Assembly: GCA_965197905.1 (NCBI GenBank)
Contig: CBDAOB010000005.1
Location: 288,001 to 352,000, forward strand
Length of the DNA stretch: 64,000 nucleotides
Reading direction: 5' to 3'
Origin: Candidatus Latescibacterota bacterium
GTDB taxonomy: Bacteria; Latescibacterota; UBA2968; UBA8231
The translations under genes were made by a program, and so were the position numbers. The notes below the pieces were generated by a model. It was given only the letters and a program-made list of their open reading frames with translations, made no database searches and was not told the DNA's origin. This document shows positions 62,110 through 64,000 of this stretch, one piece after another (positions within the stretch are counted from its first letter, which is position 1; every line of letters starts with the position of its first letter).

Positions 62110-63015
62110 ATGTTGGAAATGACGGAGCGCGAAAAGTTCCTCTTCGACCTGCAAGGGTTTCTTCACGTCAGGGATTTTCTGAATGCTGACGAGGTCAGGG
62201 CCCTCAACGACGCTGTGGATGCCAACGTCGTGCCGATGGAGGAGTACGAATGGACGGGACCCAATCAGTACGCCGGCGGCATGGATGGGGACTACAGCAT
62301 TCGCACTGCATCGGGAATGCTCACCTGGGAAAAACCCTGGTGCCAACCGTTTCGGGACCTGATGGCCCATCCGAAGGCAATTCCATACCTGAACTCGCTT
62401 TTCGGCCGTGGCTGGAGACTAGAGGGCGGGCCCAGCATGATAATGGCTCGCAAGGGGTGTGGCGGCCATGGTCTGCACGGCTACACTAGCCGGCAGTACG
62501 ACGGAGCCCAGTGTTATGTCTACGCCAACGGTCAGTTCCGCACCGGCATGACCTTATTCCAATATCAGCTGCGGGATATCGAGGAAGGTAAAGGAGGGGT
62601 TACCGTCATGCCGGGCAGCCACAAGGCCAACTTCAAGTGCCCCGAAGACATCCTGCTCTACAACACGGATAGAGAGGCCGTGCGCAACGTGGGGTGCAAG
62701 GCGGGCGACCTGATAATATTTATGGAGACGACGATCCACGGCTCGCTGCCCTGGACACTGGATTACGAACGGCGCTCGATTCTATACCCTTACAGCCCCA
62801 AGTGCAACAGCTTTGGCACCGGGATTTACGAAACCGTGATGCCGGATTGGTTCGACGAACTCACCGAGGTGCAGAAATCGGTATTGGAGCCGCCTTATTA
62901 TTACGGTCGATCGCTGATCGAGGATGACGTGGAAACGCTGGTCAGTCCCCACGCGGAGCCCAAGGATCACATTCCGCGCAAGCGCCATGAGTTCATCCAG
63001 TCATCGCGCTCCTGA
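62110..63015 (+). CDS. Phytanoyl-CoA dioxygenase family protein
   Basis: FLFDLQGF, PGSHKANF, KAGD...HGSLPW...RRS. Confidence 0.88.
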   Translation: MLEMTEREKFLFDLQGFLHVRDFLNADEVRALNDAVDANVVPMEEYEWTGPNQYAGGMDGDYSIRTASGMLTWEKPWCQPFRDLMAHPKAIPYLNSLFGRGWRLEGGPSMIMARKGCGGHGLHGYTSRQYDGAQCYVYANGQFRTGMTLFQYQLRDIEEGKGGVTVMPGSHKANFKCPEDILLYNTDREAVRNVGCKAGDLIIFMETTIHGSLPWTLDYERRSILYPYSPKCNSFGTGIYETVMPDWFDELTEVQKSVLEPPYYYGRSLIEDDVETLVSPHAEPKDHIPRKRHEFIQSSRS

Positions 63016-63769
63016 TGGCATCGAGCTGTTTCTTGGTCACTCCGGCGTCGCTTAAATATCCTGCTACCCCGCCGTAACGCTCGTCCAGGTAATCGAGGGT
63101 CAATTCCATCGTCGCGGGGTTACAGGCCCCGACCTGGTAATCTCTCCAGGTGTACTCTTCGGGAGACACGTCCGGGTTTTGCTCAAAGTGACGCACGATC
63201 ATGTAACGCGCGGTCAGGGCATAATCCTCGACGATCGTCTCTCTTGGCACTCCCGAAATGTCCAGGACAAACGCCGCGACGATTCCCGCCCTGTCTTTGC
63301 CGGCGTTGCAGTGAACGATTGCCGGAAGCCCGTCTGCCCGCGCGAGTATGGATATGATTTCGTGGAGGATGTGTTTGCGCTGTTCGAGGATCAGGCAGTA
63401 GCGGCGGCCTCTGAGCGTGGCCACGTCTTCGATTTCGATCGCCTTCTCGCCCTCCTCCAGATCGACGTCACCGACCATGTTCTGATGATAGTAGGCGACC
63501 GCGTCGCAGCCGATGAAAACGCTGGGTTTGAACTGGAGGTCGGCGCTGCGCCGCAGGTCTATGACGCTGCGCACGCCATAGTCGATGAGGGCATCCCTCG
63601 AGCCGGGCGTCAGATCGGCCAATGTGTCCGACCTCAAATATTTACCCCAATTGGTGGTGCGGCCGTCGATGGTTGCATATCCACCGAGATCTCGTGTGTT
63701 GTAGTTGCCGTCGAGGGGGAGGTGCCGCCTCCGGCGGCCGTCTTCCGATGTAGCGTGAGCATGTCGCAT
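62993..63769 (-). CDS. Tyrosine-protein phosphatase family (Y_phosphatase3)
   Basis: NTRDLGGY, IDLR, HCNAGKDRAG. Confidence 0.92.
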   Translation of the reverse strand: MRHAHATSEDGRRRRHLPLDGNYNTRDLGGYATIDGRTTNWGKYLRSDTLADLTPGSRDALIDYGVRSVIDLRRSADLQFKPSVFIGCDAVAYYHQNMVGDVDLEEGEKAIEIEDVATLRGRRYCLILEQRKHILHEIISILARADGLPAIVHCNAGKDRAGIVAAFVLDISGVPRETIVEDYALTARYMIVRHFEQNPDVSPEEYTWRDYQVGACNPATMELTLDYLDERYGGVAGYLSDAGVTKKQLDAIRSAMTG

Positions 63770-64000
63770 ACGATTTCCGTTCGAATACGGGACGGAGGTG
63801 GTCCCGTCAGAGCTTAAGTAGAGAGCAGCCGTCCTATCGATAGTATCGAGCGAAGATCGAGCCTTGTCGAGACTTGCTTCGAAATGCGCTGTAGCTTGGA
63901 AAGCTGCAGAGGTCTGGCAGTTTTGCGTATAAGACCTCACAGGCACACCGATGGCAATATGCGTATTCTTTTCGGCGCGCAGGCATGGCGTGGTTGCCAT

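Overview
Bacterial chromosomal window (GC-rich, with lower-GC patches). The FlgD-type C-terminal domain protein, PhyH, sialidase and GH32-like genes and the style of the sensor kinases suggest Latescibacterota or a relative; this is an inference. 1-8.3 kb looks like core genome: a secreted beta-helix protein, a putative sigma54 operon of envelope proteins, guaA, tyrS, a VOC protein and tRNA-Val(TAC). Downstream of the tRNA is a long accessory mosaic. It holds a mer-like locus with a MerR-thioredoxin-MerC-type fusion, interleaved repeated modules (small protein, small MerR-type HTH, HEAT+CBM9-like lipoprotein in 3 copies), signalling genes, an orphan fliG, dinB, sugar-acid catabolic genes, malate synthase, a czcCBA-like pump and SRAP+ligase, plus many gene scars. 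The best finding is absent from the ORF track: an 18-aa Tyr-rich leader peptide (MNMTLKSYYYRLEKQYGG) with promoter, anti-antiterminator, antiterminator and terminator in front of tyrS, i.e. a candidate ribosome-mediated attenuator for tyrosyl-tRNA synthetase. Several frameshifts are 1-nt homopolymer indels and may be sequencing errors.
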